Part shown: piece after piece, positions 19,375 to 29,245 of the stretch
Layout: each line of letters opens with the position of its first letter
How positions within the stretch are numbered: position 1 is the first letter of the stretch
NCBI GenBank assembly: GCA_963811335.1
Contig: CAWERB010000021.1
Span: 19,997 to 83,996 of the forward strand
DNA from: an uncultured Actinomycetota bacterium
Lineage (GTDB): Bacteria; Actinomycetota; Actinomycetes; Streptosporangiales; Streptosporangiaceae
DNA length: 64,000 bases
Direction: 5' to 3'
Notes under the pieces: generated by a model
The model's input: only the letters and a program-made list of their open reading frames with translations
Told to the model about the DNA's origin: nothing
The model's database searches: none
Translations under genes and position numbers: made by a program

Positions 19375-21975
19375 TCACTGCAACTGGTTACCGACGCTGG
19401 CCCGGCTCGGGAAGAAATCCCGTAGTGCCTCGGCGATCTCGGCACGTACCGGAGCCCCGGAGATGACCACGCCGACCATCGTCACCGACGTGTGCGTGTG
19501 TCCGCGGGCACGGACCCGGCGGACCTGAGTCCCTGTGGCCTCCAGGGCGTCCGCGTAGGCGAGGCCGTCGTCGCGCAGCGGGTCGAAGTCCGCGGTGACG
19601 ACGCAGGCCGGGGGCAGCCCGTCCAGGTTGCCGCGGAGCGGGGCGGCGCGCGGGTCGCCGCGGTCGGCCGGGTCGGCGTAATAGTCCCAGAACCAGTGCA
19701 TCAGCGGGGTGGTGAGGACGTACCCGTCGCCGTTCTCGTGGTAGGACGGCCGGGTCATGTCCGAGTCCGTGACCGGGGTGATGAGGAGCTGTCCCGAGAC
19801 GCGCGGCTCGCCGGCGTCGCGGGCGAGCTGACAGGCGACCGCCGCGATGTTGCCGCCGGCGCTCCAGCCCGCGACGGCGATCTGGCCGGGGATGCCGCCT
19901 AGCTCGACGACGTGGGCGGCCGTCCACCGCAGGGCCGCGAAGGCGTCCTGTGCGGCGGCGGGGAAGCGGGCCTCGGGGGCATGCCTGTAGTTCACCGACA
20001 CGATCACCGCGTCTGACCGGACGCAGAGGTCCCGGCACAGCGGGTCATCGGAGTCCAGGTCGCCGAGCACCCAGCCGCCGCCGTGGAAGTACACCACCAC
20101 CGGGTGCGGACCCGCCGACGCCGGGCGGTAAAGCCGGTAGGGCAGGTCGCCGCCCGGGCCCGGCATCGTACCGTCCGTGACCTCGCCCACCTCCGGGCTC
20201 GGCGGGAGGCCTGCCGCGGCGAGCGCCATCATGGCCCGCGCTTCGTCGGCCGACAGAGTCTCCATGGGCGGCAGGCCCATCGTGGCCATCAGCTCCAGGA
20301 CCAAGGAGACATCGGGCTGCATCCGGCGGATCACCCCGTCCCGGCAGCCTTCACCGCCAGGACCGCTTCGCCGGAACCCGAGGTAGTCCTGCGCGACCAC
20401 GTCGTCGCACGCCTGCCGGTACGCGGCCACGCCGCCGATGTAGGGCAGGAACACCCGCGGCTTGCCGGGGACGTTGGCGCCCATGTACCAGGAGTTGGCG
20501 GTTGGGTGCAGGGTGATGGCCCCGCAGTCCTGGACGTGCTGGTTCCATCCGGCTTCGGCGAGCGGGGTTGGCTCGATCGTCTCGAAGCCTTCGGCGGCCA
20601 TGTCCTTGAGGCAGTCGGCGACCCAGTCCACGTGCTGCTCGATCGAGACGGCCATGTTCGACAGGACCGACGGGCTGCCCGGGCCGGTGATCATGAAGAA
20701 GTTCGGGAATCCGGCGGTCATGATCCCCAGGTACGTGGACGGGCCGGCGGCCCACTTCTCCGTTAGGGACAGGCCGTCCCGGCCGGTGGCGTTCACGGCC
20801 GCCAGGGCGCCGGTCATGGCGTCGAAACCGGTGGCGTACACGATCGCGTCAAAGCCGAACGATTCGTCGGCCGTGTCGATGCCGTCCTCGGTGATGCTCG
20901 TGATCGGCTGCCGGTGCAGGTCGACGAGCCGGACGTGCGGGAGGTTGTAGGTCTCGAAGTAGCCGGTGTCGAGGCACGGCCGTTTGGTGCCGAAGTAGTG
21001 GTCCTTCGGGCACAGCGCGTCGGCCGTCTGCGGGTCGTGCACGACGATGCGGATCTTCTCCCTGATCATGTCGGCCACGATCTGGTTCGACGCCGGGTTC
21101 ACCCCCTGGTCGGCGAAGACGCCGAGGATGGCGAACAGCTGGCCCTGATTCCAGGCATCTTCGAACCGCTCCCTGGCGACCGTCTCGCTGGCGGTCACGC
21201 CGAGGACGTCGGTCGGCTCGACCGGCACTCCTCCCAGGGACCACCGGGCGGCGTCCCGGTATTCCTCGCGGTCCTGCGCCAGCCGCGCCAGCCGGTCGGC
21301 CGGGGCGGGACCGTTATGCGCGGGGACGGAGAAGTTCGGGGTCCGCTGGAAGACCGTGAGCTGGCTGGCCTGGCGGGCGATCAGCGGGATCGACTGGATG
21401 CCCGAGGACCCGGTGCCGATGACCGCGACCCGCTGGCCGGTGAAGTCGACGCCCTCGTGGGGCCACCGGCTGGTGAAGTACACCTTGCCCGCGAACCGCT
21501 CGGTGCCCTTGATGTCGAGCGACTTGGGCATCGAAAGGCAGCCGCTGGCCATGATGTAGTACCGGCACCGCAGTTGCGTCCCGCGGTCGGTCACGATGCT
21601 CCAGCGCTTCTCCTGCTCGTCCCAGCGAGCGGAGGTGACGGAGGTGGAGAACTCGATGTCCGGGCGCAGGCCGTAGCGGTCGGCCACGAACCGGAGGTAG
21701 TCCAGGATCTCCGGCTGCGTCGCGTACTTCTCGGACCAGGTCCATTCCTTCTCCAGCTCCGGGTCGAAGCTGTAGGTGTAGTCGGTGGTCGGGATATCGC
21801 AGCGGGCTCCTGGATAGCGGTTCCAGTACCACGTGCCGCCCACGTCGTCGGCCGAGTCGAAGACCTTCACCGAGAGCCCGAGTTGGCGCAGCCGGTAGAG
21901 CATGTACAAGCCCGAGAAACCCGCGCCCACCACAACCGCGTCGAACTGCTCCGGGGCCTCAGCTGGCTTGTTCAC
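19375..21975 (-). CDS. Baeyer-Villiger monooxygenase fused to an HSL-family esterase/lactonase
   Basis: [36 protein letters not shown]; C-terminal HGGGWV, GWSAGG, DPLRDDG, HTH. Confidence 0.9.
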   Translation of the reverse strand: MNKPAEAPEQFDAVVVGAGFSGLYMLYRLRQLGLSVKVFDSADDVGGTWYWNRYPGARCDIPTTDYTYSFDPELEKEWTWSEKYATQPEILDYLRFVADRYGLRPDIEFSTSVTSARWDEQEKRWSIVTDRGTQLRCRYYIMASGCLSMPKSLDIKGTERFAGKVYFTSRWPHEGVDFTGQRVAVIGTGSSGIQSIPLIARQASQLTVFQRTPNFSVPAHNGPAPADRLARLAQDREEYRDAARWSLGGVPVEPTDVLGVTASETVARERFEDAWNQGQLFAILGVFADQGVNPASNQIVADMIREKIRIVVHDPQTADALCPKDHYFGTKRPCLDTGYFETYNLPHVRLVDLHRQPITSITEDGIDTADESFGFDAIVYATGFDAMTGALAAVNATGRDGLSLTEKWAAGPSTYLGIMTAGFPNFFMITGPGSPSVLSNMAVSIEQHVDWVADCLKDMAAEGFETIEPTPLAEAGWNQHVQDCGAITLHPTANSWYMGANVPGKPRVFLPYIGGVAAYRQACDDVVAQDYLGFRRSGPGGEGCRDGVIRRMQPDVSLVLELMATMGLPPMETLSADEARAMMALAAAGLPPSPEVGEVTDGTMPGPGGDLPYRLYRPASAGPHPVVVYFHGGGWVLGDLDSDDPLCRDLCVRSDAVIVSVNYRHAPEARFPAAAQDAFAALRWTAAHVVELGGIPGQIAVAGWSAGGNIAAVACQLARDAGEPRVSGQLLITPVTDSDMTRPSYHENGDGYVLTTPLMHWFWDYYADPADRGDPRAAPLRGNLDGLPPACVVTADFDPLRDDGLAYADALEATGTQVRRVRARGHTHTSVTMVGVVISGAPVRAEIAEALRDFFPSRASVGNQLQ

Positions 21976-22100
21976 GAAACGTCCCCTTTGACATTAAACA
22001 GCCGGTCTGCCGGGAACCTTAACTCACCCAAATGCGCGAGTAAATGAGCAGGGAGCGATCGGCCGCCCGCGCCGCCGCTTCTCGTGTCCCCGTTGCCTGC

Positions 22101-22144
22101 TACTCGGTGATACCGTATAGTGGTACTCGGTACTACAGAGTACT
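22101..22144. promoter_or_regulatory. PadR operator candidates (two imperfect palindromes)
   Basis: TACTCGGTgatACCGtaTA and TACTCGGTactACAGAGTA just upstream of padR. Confidence 0.6.
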
Positions 22145-22169
22145 GAGAGGGAGCCGAAGAGGACGCGCG

Positions 22170-22496
22170 ATGGACGACCTGACGGAGATGCTGAAGGGCA
22201 CGCTTGAGGGCTGCGTGCTCGAGATCGTCGGCAGCGAGGAAACCTACGGGTACGCCATCACGCGCCGGCTGAACGAACTCGGCTTCGCCGATGTCGTCGA
22301 GGGCACGGTGTACACCATCTTGCTGCGGCTGGAGAAGAACGGGCTCGTCCAGGTGACGAAGCGGCCGTCGGGGTTGGGGCCGCCGCGCAAGTTCTACGCG
22401 CTCAACGACGCGGGGCGCGAAGAACTCGGCAGGTTCTGGGCGAAATGGGAGTACCTCTCATCACGTATCGACAAGCTTAAGGAGGGCGGGAGATGA
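22170..22496 (+). CDS. PadR-family transcriptional regulator
   Basis: MLKGTLEGCVL...TYGYAI...EGTVYTILLRLE...RKFYALN. Confidence 0.9.
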   Translation: MDDLTEMLKGTLEGCVLEIVGSEETYGYAITRRLNELGFADVVEGTVYTILLRLEKNGLVQVTKRPSGLGPPRKFYALNDAGREELGRFWAKWEYLSSRIDKLKEGGR

Positions 22497-22849
22497 GCTT
22501 CTGGGAGACCATCACGGGCAGCGATCTCACCAGGGAATGGAAGGCGTTCGAAGCCCGGGCGGAGGCCTTGCCGGCCGACTACCGGGCGGCTTGGGAGCAG
22601 ATCAAGGTTCACCTCTTCCCCTACTCGGGCTTCACCGGCCGCAACCTGATGCCGATCCTCGACGGCGCCCTGGGGCTGCTCGAAGAAACAGCGGCGGACG
22701 GGCAGGACATTCACGAGGTGCTCGGCGACGACATCGCGGGCTTCTGCGCGGCGCTGGCCGGCGGGGAAGGGGCCCAGAGCTACCGCGACCGGTGGCGCGC
22801 GCAGCTGAACAGGAACGTCGCAAGGAAACTGGGCCGGCTAGGAGGCTGA
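22493..22849 (+). CDS. DUF1048 protein
   Basis: RAEALPADYRAAW...VLGDDIAGFC; ATGA overlap with padR. Confidence 0.85.
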   Translation: MSFWETITGSDLTREWKAFEARAEALPADYRAAWEQIKVHLFPYSGFTGRNLMPILDGALGLLEETAADGQDIHEVLGDDIAGFCAALAGGEGAQSYRDRWRAQLNRNVARKLGRLGG

Positions 22850-22850
22850 C

Positions 22851-23177
22851 ATGGGCATCCAGGACATCATCGAGGGCAAGAAGCAGTGGCGGGCGCACAT
22901 GGCCCGGGTCAAGGCGCTCCCGCCGGACTACCAGGTCGTCTACAAGGAGATTCAGCGGTACCTCTTCAAGGTCGGCCCGGTGGACCTGGCTGACGGGACC
23001 CTGCTGTCAGGCGTCGTCGACTTCTTCGCGGAGGGCGTCGCAGCCGGCAAGGGAGTCCTGGAACTCATCGGCAGCGACGTCGCCGCGTTCTGCGACGACC
23101 TGATCAAGGACTCGCGCACCTACGCGGACATCTACCAGGAGTCCATCGGCGGGGAACCCGGCGCGGCGGAGAAGTAG
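22851..23177 (+). CDS. DUF1048 protein
   Basis: KKQWRAHMARVKALPPDYQVVYKEIQRYL...IGSDVAAFCDDL. Confidence 0.85.
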   Translation: MGIQDIIEGKKQWRAHMARVKALPPDYQVVYKEIQRYLFKVGPVDLADGTLLSGVVDFFAEGVAAGKGVLELIGSDVAAFCDDLIKDSRTYADIYQESIGGEPGAAEK

Positions 23178-23317
23178 CACAGCACCCGTCGACCCGCGGG
23201 GGCCAGGACCCGTCGGCTAGTAGGGCGAGCCGCGTGCCTGGTGGCATGATATGTCTGGTTGGGGGACGTGGCCGGCCCCGGTCCGCGTCCGGCACGACGA
23301 CGACGGGGAACGCGATC

Positions 23318-25948
23318 ATGCGGGACGGCCCGATGCCTTCCGGTGGGGGACTGGCCTGTGCTGGACCGGCCGAGGATCTGCCCCCGGCCGCCGGGGCCGT
23401 GACCGACTGCTTGCCCCCAGCATTCATTGACTGCCTGCTCGACAGTGCACTTGAGCCGGTGCTTGACGCCGCGGCCGAGCGGGGCAGGCGGGCCGCGAAG
23501 CGGAAGAAGAACTCCGGCGATGCCACGGAAGTCGCGAAGGCCCTGCTTGCGGTGACAGTCTGCGACCCGGCCTGCGGCTCGGGGAGCCTGCTTGTCGCGG
23601 CGGCCGGGCGGATCGCGCGCCGGGTGGCGGAGGCCCGCGAGGATGAACCCGTCACCGGACGCGCTACGTCGCGCGATGCGCGAGGTGGTGGGGCACTGCG
23701 TCTATGGCGTGGACGTAAGCGGCGAGGCGGTCGAGCGGGCGAAGGACCGCCTGCGGCTGGCGGCCGGCCTCCAGGGCACGACGCTGCCTTTTCTCGACGG
23801 TCATATCAGGCAGGGCAACGCCCTGATCGGCGCGAGCCCGGAACTGATCGAGGGCGGCGATCCCCGACGAGGCGTTCCGGCCGGCCGACGGCGACGACCG
23901 CGGGTATGCCCGCTCCCTGCGCCGCGCCAACGCCAAGCCGGACCCCGGGCAGGCCACCTTGTTCAGCGGGCACGGTGGCTACACGCACTCCAACGAGGCA
24001 CTGGCGAAGTCCCTGGCGAAGATCGGGCGGCTGTCCGGCGAGGCGCCGGCCGATGACCGCCGCCAGGCGGCCGAGTACGGAAGGTGGCGCGACTCGGCTG
24101 CCTTCCGCGCGAAACGCCTGGTCGCCGATGCTTGGTGCGCGGCCTTCGCCTGGGCCAAGACGGCGGGCGCGACCGCCCGCGATCGTCAACCGGGTCCTGC
24201 TTGACCTGCGGGAACGGGATGCCGAGGGGATCCTACCGGAAACTTATCGGGAGATCGTACGGCTACGCGGCGAGCACCGGTTCTTCCACTGGCACCTGGA
24301 GTTCCCCGACGTCTTCCTCGTGCGCGAGGGGCAGACCCGGTGGCAGGGCGGCTTCAGCTGCGTGCTGTCCGCCCCGCCACGGGAGAAGATCGATCGCCAC
24401 GAGGAGAGCACGGTCTTCGCGTTCGCGACCCGCTCGGGTGAGTATCCCGAATGCGCGGCCGGCCTGGCCGAACCCGGCGTGTCGGCGCTGCGCGCCGACC
24501 TGCTTTTCACGGAGCGCGTCGCGGCGATCCTCGCGCCAGAGGGCCGCGCGGGCTGCGCCGTCGGCCCAGGGACCGCCGCCGACCCCGGCGCCAGGCACCT
24601 GCTCGGTGGGCTGATGCGGCGCGGCGCGCTGGTGTCCCTGTACGACTTCACTGGTCACGACGCCCGGCTCTGCCTGCTCACCTTCACCGGCGGCGTGGCG
24701 CCCCCGGGGACGGCCCGCGGCGGGGCCGCGAGATTCGCGTTCTGGCTGGACGACCCGGCCGGGCTGGGCGACGACGGCCGGTCGTTCACGCTCACGCCAG
24801 GCGAGGCCGCCCTCATCAACCCGAACACCGGCGCGCTACCAGCCTTCCGCAATGCCAGGGACGCCGCGCTCGCGGCGGCGATCTACCGCCGCGTCCCGGT
24901 CCTGTGGGACGAGACGCGGGCCGGCGGGAACCCGTGGAAGATGAGGCTGGCAACGGCGTTCTCCCGAGCCGCCGCCGGCACCGGGCTGCTCCGCGCTGAG
25001 CGGGAACTGCGTGACGATGGCTGGGAGCTGGCCGGGAGCACCTTTACCCGCGACGGACAGCGCATGCTCCCGGTCTATGAGCCCCCGATGGTAGACGTGT
25101 TCGACCACGAAGCGGAGAAGCCACGGTACTGGATCGCCGAGCACGGCCCCGTCGCCGTCCAGCGTAAAGGCGAGACCGCCGAGCGCCCCGGCGTCGCGGA
25201 CCGCCTCGCGGAACTCGGCTGGAACTGGAACTGGCTGTGCGCCTGGCGCGCGCCCGTGCCTGACCGGCCCGTGCCTGACCGGCCCGTGCCTGACCGGCCC
25301 GTGCCTGACCGGACAGCCGTCGCGGTGTTCCTGCCGCGCGCGGCGGCGCTCGGCTCCCTGCCCTTGATGCTGCCGCGCGTCGTCCCGCCGTTCGCCGCGG
25401 CCCTGATCGCCGCGCAGAGCTCGCTGGTCTTCGAATACGTCGCCCGGCAGAAGATCGACGGCCCCGTCGTGCGGGCCGCCCACTGGAAGCAGCTTCCCGT
25501 GCCGACCCCCGATCTGCTGGAGCCGCACCTGACGTTCATCGTCCCCCGGGTGCTTGAGCTCGTGTACACCTCGCCCGACATGAGCCCGCTCGCCCGGGAC
25601 CTGGACGATCGCGGCGAGGATCCGTTTGCCTGGGACCCCGGCCGCCGGGCCAGCCTGCGAGCGGAACTGGACGCGCTCTTCTTCCGCCTGTACGGGATCG
25701 ACGACCGTGACGACGTGGAGTACATCACCGGCACGCTCCAGGCAGGCGCCGACGGCCCCGAACGGGGCGAGAGCCAGGGCGACTACGGCGGCCGGCGGGT
25801 CAGGGAACTAATCCTGGCCGCCTACGACCGCATGGCCGAAGCCGGCGCCGCAGGAGCCGAGTACGAAACCCGGATCTACCCGCCTCCCGGCCACGGACCC
25901 CGGCGGCGGCTCTCCTTACCGCCGGTCCCGCCCTACTGGATGAGGTGA
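23318..25948 (+). CDS. degenerate type IIG/Eco57I/DrmMI-like N6-adenine DNA methyltransferase, no nuclease domain
   Basis: DCLLDSALEPVL, SAM motif CDPACGSG, YGVD, GNALIG, FFHWHLEFPDVF, INPNTGALP, LRAELDA; catalytic NPPW reads APPR; compensating frameshifts ~23650-24175; start uncertain. Confidence 0.75.
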   Translation: MRDGPMPSGGGLACAGPAEDLPPAAGAVTDCLPPAFIDCLLDSALEPVLDAAAERGRRAAKRKKNSGDATEVAKALLAVTVCDPACGSGSLLVAAAGRIARRVAEAREDEPVTGRATSRDARGGGALRLWRGRKRRGGRAGEGPPAAGGRPPGHDAAFSRRSYQAGQRPDRREPGTDRGRRSPTRRSGRPTATTAGMPAPCAAPTPSRTPGRPPCSAGTVATRTPTRHWRSPWRRSGGCPARRRPMTAARRPSTEGGATRLPSARNAWSPMLGARPSPGPRRRARPPAIVNRVLLDLRERDAEGILPETYREIVRLRGEHRFFHWHLEFPDVFLVREGQTRWQGGFSCVLSAPPREKIDRHEESTVFAFATRSGEYPECAAGLAEPGVSALRADLLFTERVAAILAPEGRAGCAVGPGTAADPGARHLLGGLMRRGALVSLYDFTGHDARLCLLTFTGGVAPPGTARGGAARFAFWLDDPAGLGDDGRSFTLTPGEAALINPNTGALPAFRNARDAALAAAIYRRVPVLWDETRAGGNPWKMRLATAFSRAAAGTGLLRAERELRDDGWELAGSTFTRDGQRMLPVYEPPMVDVFDHEAEKPRYWIAEHGPVAVQRKGETAERPGVADRLAELGWNWNWLCAWRAPVPDRPVPDRPVPDRPVPDRTAVAVFLPRAAALGSLPLMLPRVVPPFAAALIAAQSSLVFEYVARQKIDGPVVRAAHWKQLPVPTPDLLEPHLTFIVPRVLELVYTSPDMSPLARDLDDRGEDPFAWDPGRRASLRAELDALFFRLYGIDDRDDVEYITGTLQAGADGPERGESQGDYGGRRVRELILAAYDRMAEAGAAGAEYETRIYPPPGHGPRRRLSLPPVPPYWMR
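25253..25312 (+). repeat. perfect 15-bp tandem repeat x4 (PVPDR)
   Basis: (CCCGTGCCTGACCGG)4, in frame inside the methyltransferase. Confidence 0.95.
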
Positions 25949-25958
25949 ACGGTCATGC

Positions 25959-26978
25959 TCAGCCGAACCTCATCCGTGCGAGTGCCGCGCCCTGGGCGAG
26001 CGCGGCGAGCTTGCCGTAGGCAACGTCCCAGCGCATCGGCGCCATGCCGCAGTTGGTGCTGGCGATGATCGCCTCGCGCGGCACGTATTTCATCGCTTCG
26101 CCGATCACGGCCGCCACCTGCTCGGGCGTTTCCACCTCGTCGGTCGCGACGTCGATCACGCCGACCTGAACGTCCTTGCCGTCCAGGAGCTGCAGCAATC
26201 GCATCGGCACGCGCGAATTGCGGCACTCGACCGAGACCTGGCCGATGCGGCTTCGCGCCAGTACTGGAAAGATCTCCTCGTACTGGCGCCATTCGCCGCC
26301 GAGTGTCGCCTTCCAGTCGATATTGGCCTTGATGCCATAGCCGTAGCAGATATGGACCGCGGTGGTACAGCCGACCCCCTCGATCGCGCGGTGCAGCGCT
26401 TCGATGCCCCAGTCCTTGACCGCCGCCAGGTACACGTTGAAGGCCGGCTCGTCGAACTGGATCACGTCGACGCCGTCGGCGGCAAGCGCGCGTGCCTCGG
26501 CGTTGAGAAGGCCGGCGAAGGCCATCGCCATCTCCGCCCGGTCGCCGTAATGGGCGTCCGCCACGGTGTCGACGATGGTCATCGGGCCGGGCATGGTGAT
26601 CTTGAGCTTGCGCCCGGTGTGGGCGCGCGCGAGTCGCGCCTCGCCTGCGTGCACGCGGCCCTTGAGCCGGAGCTCGCCAGTGACCTGCGGCACGACCGCC
26701 TTGTAGCGGTCGGCGCGGATGCCGATCTCGACCTTGTGCGCGAAGTCGATGCCGTCGACGAACTCGACGAAGCCGTGCACGAAGTGCTGCCGGGACTGCT
26801 CGCCGTCGGTCACCACGTCGATGCCGCAGTCCTCCTGCAGTTTGAGTGCCAGCAGGGTGGCGTCGCGCTTGGCGCCTTCGAGTTCGGCGCCGGCGAGCCG
26901 CCAGGGCGCCCACAGGCGGTTCGGTTCCGCGAGCCAGGTCGGCTTCGGCAGGCTGCCGGCGATAGTGGTGTCGAACAT
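25959..26978 (-). CDS. cobalamin-independent core methionine synthase (MesD-like)
   Basis: TTIAGSLPKP.WLAEP..LWAPW, TDGEQSRQHF, QFDEPAFN, Zn ligands HICYGYG and NCG; single 339-aa barrel. Confidence 0.85.
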   Translation of the reverse strand: MFDTTIAGSLPKPTWLAEPNRLWAPWRLAGAELEGAKRDATLLALKLQEDCGIDVVTDGEQSRQHFVHGFVEFVDGIDFAHKVEIGIRADRYKAVVPQVTGELRLKGRVHAGEARLARAHTGRKLKITMPGPMTIVDTVADAHYGDRAEMAMAFAGLLNAEARALAADGVDVIQFDEPAFNVYLAAVKDWGIEALHRAIEGVGCTTAVHICYGYGIKANIDWKATLGGEWRQYEEIFPVLARSRIGQVSVECRNSRVPMRLLQLLDGKDVQVGVIDVATDEVETPEQVAAVIGEAMKYVPREAIIASTNCGMAPMRWDVAYGKLAALAQGAALARMRFG

Positions 26979-27037
26979 CGCTTCCTCCGTCCGGGCTCTT
27001 GCGTATCACCCTTGCGGCTTGTCGTGCTCGGCGGGGC

Positions 27038-27154
27038 CGGTTTTACCGGTAAACATTTTACTTTTACGGTAAGTAAAGAAAAGGCGTCTGGGCCGCCATT
27101 TCTTTTCATCCGGTAAAAAGTTTACCTGCTGACAGGAATTTACCGGTAAAACCG
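27038..27154. repeat. AT-rich nested imperfect palindrome
   Basis: Perfect 16-bp terminal inverted repeats CGGTTTTACCGGTAAA / TTTACCGGTAAAACCG, plus inner arms. Confidence 0.8.
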
Positions 27155-27826
27155 CGCGGTCAAGGCGCGCGTGGTGCCGCGGTCCCCGCGTCCTGCCGGC
27201 GCGGTCCCCGCGTCCTGCCCGATGCGCGCCGCAGGGGCTTCCTGGCGCAGGTTCGGCTGGCTTTCTGCCCGTAAGGACCCGGGTCCGCTGGAGCGGTTAA
27301 CGGGGAGGGTCAGGGGCAGCACGCCGCCGCGCGCGAAGTACAGGGTTACCGTCAGCGTGGTGCTGGCGACCTGGGTGACCGGCTGCACCGTCAGGGTCGC
27401 GTCCACGGGCGGTGCGGGGGCGCCGGACTGGCCAGTGACCGGCAGCGGCCCGTAATGCAGCCAGTGCTCGACCACCGGCAGCGAAGCGGCGTCGCCGCCG
27501 CAGCCGGTCAGGTCCGGGACCTCCGCCAGGCTGACCTGCTCGTGGTAGAGAGCGACCGTGCCGCCGCCCGCGGCGAGCACGGCGTCGAGTTGATCGGAAC
27601 GCTGCCCGGTCGTCCTGAGCTGCAGGCTGGCTATGAGAGTGCCGGCTGGTCCCGGGCGCAGCGCGGTGGCGGTCACCGTGAGCGGCCCCATCCGGGCGAC
27701 GATATCGCCGGCCCCGGACGCCGCTCGCTCGCCGGGGCCTGCCAGCAGCAGGCCCGTGGCCGCCAGCGCCAGTCCTGCGGCGCCCGCCCGGCGCCCGTAG
27801 CCCTGGCCAGCCCATGACCTGGTCAT
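27140..27826 (-). CDS. exported protein, weakly PCu(A)C/DUF461-like
   Basis: N-terminal hydrophobic segment; LRTTGQRSDQLDAV...LYHE and TLTVTLYFARGGVLPLTLPV; ATGA-coupled to upstream gene; true 3' end uncertain. Confidence 0.5.
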   Translation of the reverse strand: MTRSWAGQGYGRRAGAAGLALAATGLLLAGPGERAASGAGDIVARMGPLTVTATALRPGPAGTLIASLQLRTTGQRSDQLDAVLAAGGGTVALYHEQVSLAEVPDLTGCGGDAASLPVVEHWLHYGPLPVTGQSGAPAPPVDATLTVQPVTQVASTTLTVTLYFARGGVLPLTLPVNRSSGPGSLRAESQPNLRQEAPAARIGQDAGTAPAGRGDRGTTRALTARFYR

Positions 27827-29091
27827 CGCATGACCCCGGTGTGCCCCAGGGAGAAGCGTCCTGGCTGCGGCCATACGCAGAGCCCGTGCGGCTCAAGGCC
27901 GACCGGGATCTCGGCGAGCAGGTGCCCGGTAACGGTGGAGATGGCATACACCACGCTGTCGTAGCGCCCGGACACCCAGAGCACGCGGCCGTCCGGCGAC
28001 ACGCCGCCCATGTCCGGGCTTCCGCCACCCGGGATCCACCAGGTCCTGACGATCTTTTTAGTCGCGAAGCTGATCACGGTGACCGAGCCGTTGCCCCGGT
28101 TGGTGACATAGAGATCGCGGGCATCACGGCTGGGATACAGGCCGTGGGCGTCCGGGCCGGTCGGCAGGAACCCAGTCGCCCGGAACGTCGCGGCGTCGAT
28201 CATCCATACCCCGGCGCGGTTCTTGTCGGCGACGTAGAAGGTGCGCCCCGCCCGATCCAGCTTGATGTCCTGCGGCGCCGAGCCCGGCAGGTCAAGGTAG
28301 CCGGCAACCTTGCGGGTATGCAGGTCGACCCGGACCAGGCGCCCGGAGTACTCGCAGGTGGCGATCAGGTAGGCGCCGTCGGCAGCGAAGTCGATGTGGT
28401 CCACGCCCGCGCAGTCGACCCTGATCCGGTGTTTGAGTGCGAACGTGTGCGGGTCGCGGAAGTCGAGTTCCTGACGGGCTTCGGCGACAACGATGGCGTA
28501 CCGCCCGTCCGGAGTGAAGTACATGTTGTACGGGTCATCTACCGCGATGTTCGGGCCGGCCCGCCGTCCGGTAACCGGGTTGATCGGGGTGAGGCTGTTG
28601 CCCAGGTCGTTCGTCGCGTACAGGGTGCGCAGGTCGTAGCCGGGCACGACATGCTGCGGGTTAAGCCCCGTCTGATAGCTCCCGATTACCCGGTAGGTGG
28701 CCGGATCGATCACCGTCACCGTGGAGCCGCCGCTGTTCGGCACGTAGATCCGGTAGGGCACGCCGCGCGCCGCGGGACTGAGCATGCCCGCCCCGTCGTC
28801 CGCGTAGATGTTCGCCGGGCTGGCCACCGGCGGCATTCCCGGCAGGGACAGCGACAGATCCGCCGCCGTGCTCGGCACGGGCCATGTCAAGGCCGGATGA
28901 CGCGCCGGCGGACGGGGAGAGGCGGACGTCGCCGCCCGGTGCGGTGCCTGGATCGCCCCCACGGGGGCAGGGGCGGAATCGCCGGGTCTAGCCGCCACCA
29001 CGGCCGCGACCAGGGCGCCGAGGGCCAACGCCAGGCCAGCTAGCCTAGTCGCTCGCAGCCTTCTTCGGCGCGCGTGCCTACCAGCTCGCAT
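27823..29091 (-). CDS. YncE/YVTN beta-propeller surface protein
   Basis: Repeats IYVPNSGGSTVTVID, LYVTNRGNGSVTVIS, IPVGLEPHG. Confidence 0.85.
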   Translation of the reverse strand: MRAGRHARRRRLRATRLAGLALALGALVAAVVAARPGDSAPAPVGAIQAPHRAATSASPRPPARHPALTWPVPSTAADLSLSLPGMPPVASPANIYADDGAGMLSPAARGVPYRIYVPNSGGSTVTVIDPATYRVIGSYQTGLNPQHVVPGYDLRTLYATNDLGNSLTPINPVTGRRAGPNIAVDDPYNMYFTPDGRYAIVVAEARQELDFRDPHTFALKHRIRVDCAGVDHIDFAADGAYLIATCEYSGRLVRVDLHTRKVAGYLDLPGSAPQDIKLDRAGRTFYVADKNRAGVWMIDAATFRATGFLPTGPDAHGLYPSRDARDLYVTNRGNGSVTVISFATKKIVRTWWIPGGGSPDMGGVSPDGRVLWVSGRYDSVVYAISTVTGHLLAEIPVGLEPHGLCVWPQPGRFSLGHTGVMR

Positions 29092-29245
29092 GCCAGCCCC
29101 CCTTTGGCACTCAATAACGAACAGGTTGCGATCATTCCCCCAAGTTGTTCCAGTTATCGCTCGAGCACTCAGCGAATATGACCAGGCCCTTCGAAAGGAC
29201 CTGGGACCCTACCGTTCTCCATCACGCCTCGCACATCATGGGGAG

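Noticed and set aside
26979-27140. SAM or cobalamin riboswitch upstream of the methionine synthase
   Set aside because: No recognisable aptamer core; reported only as a palindrome
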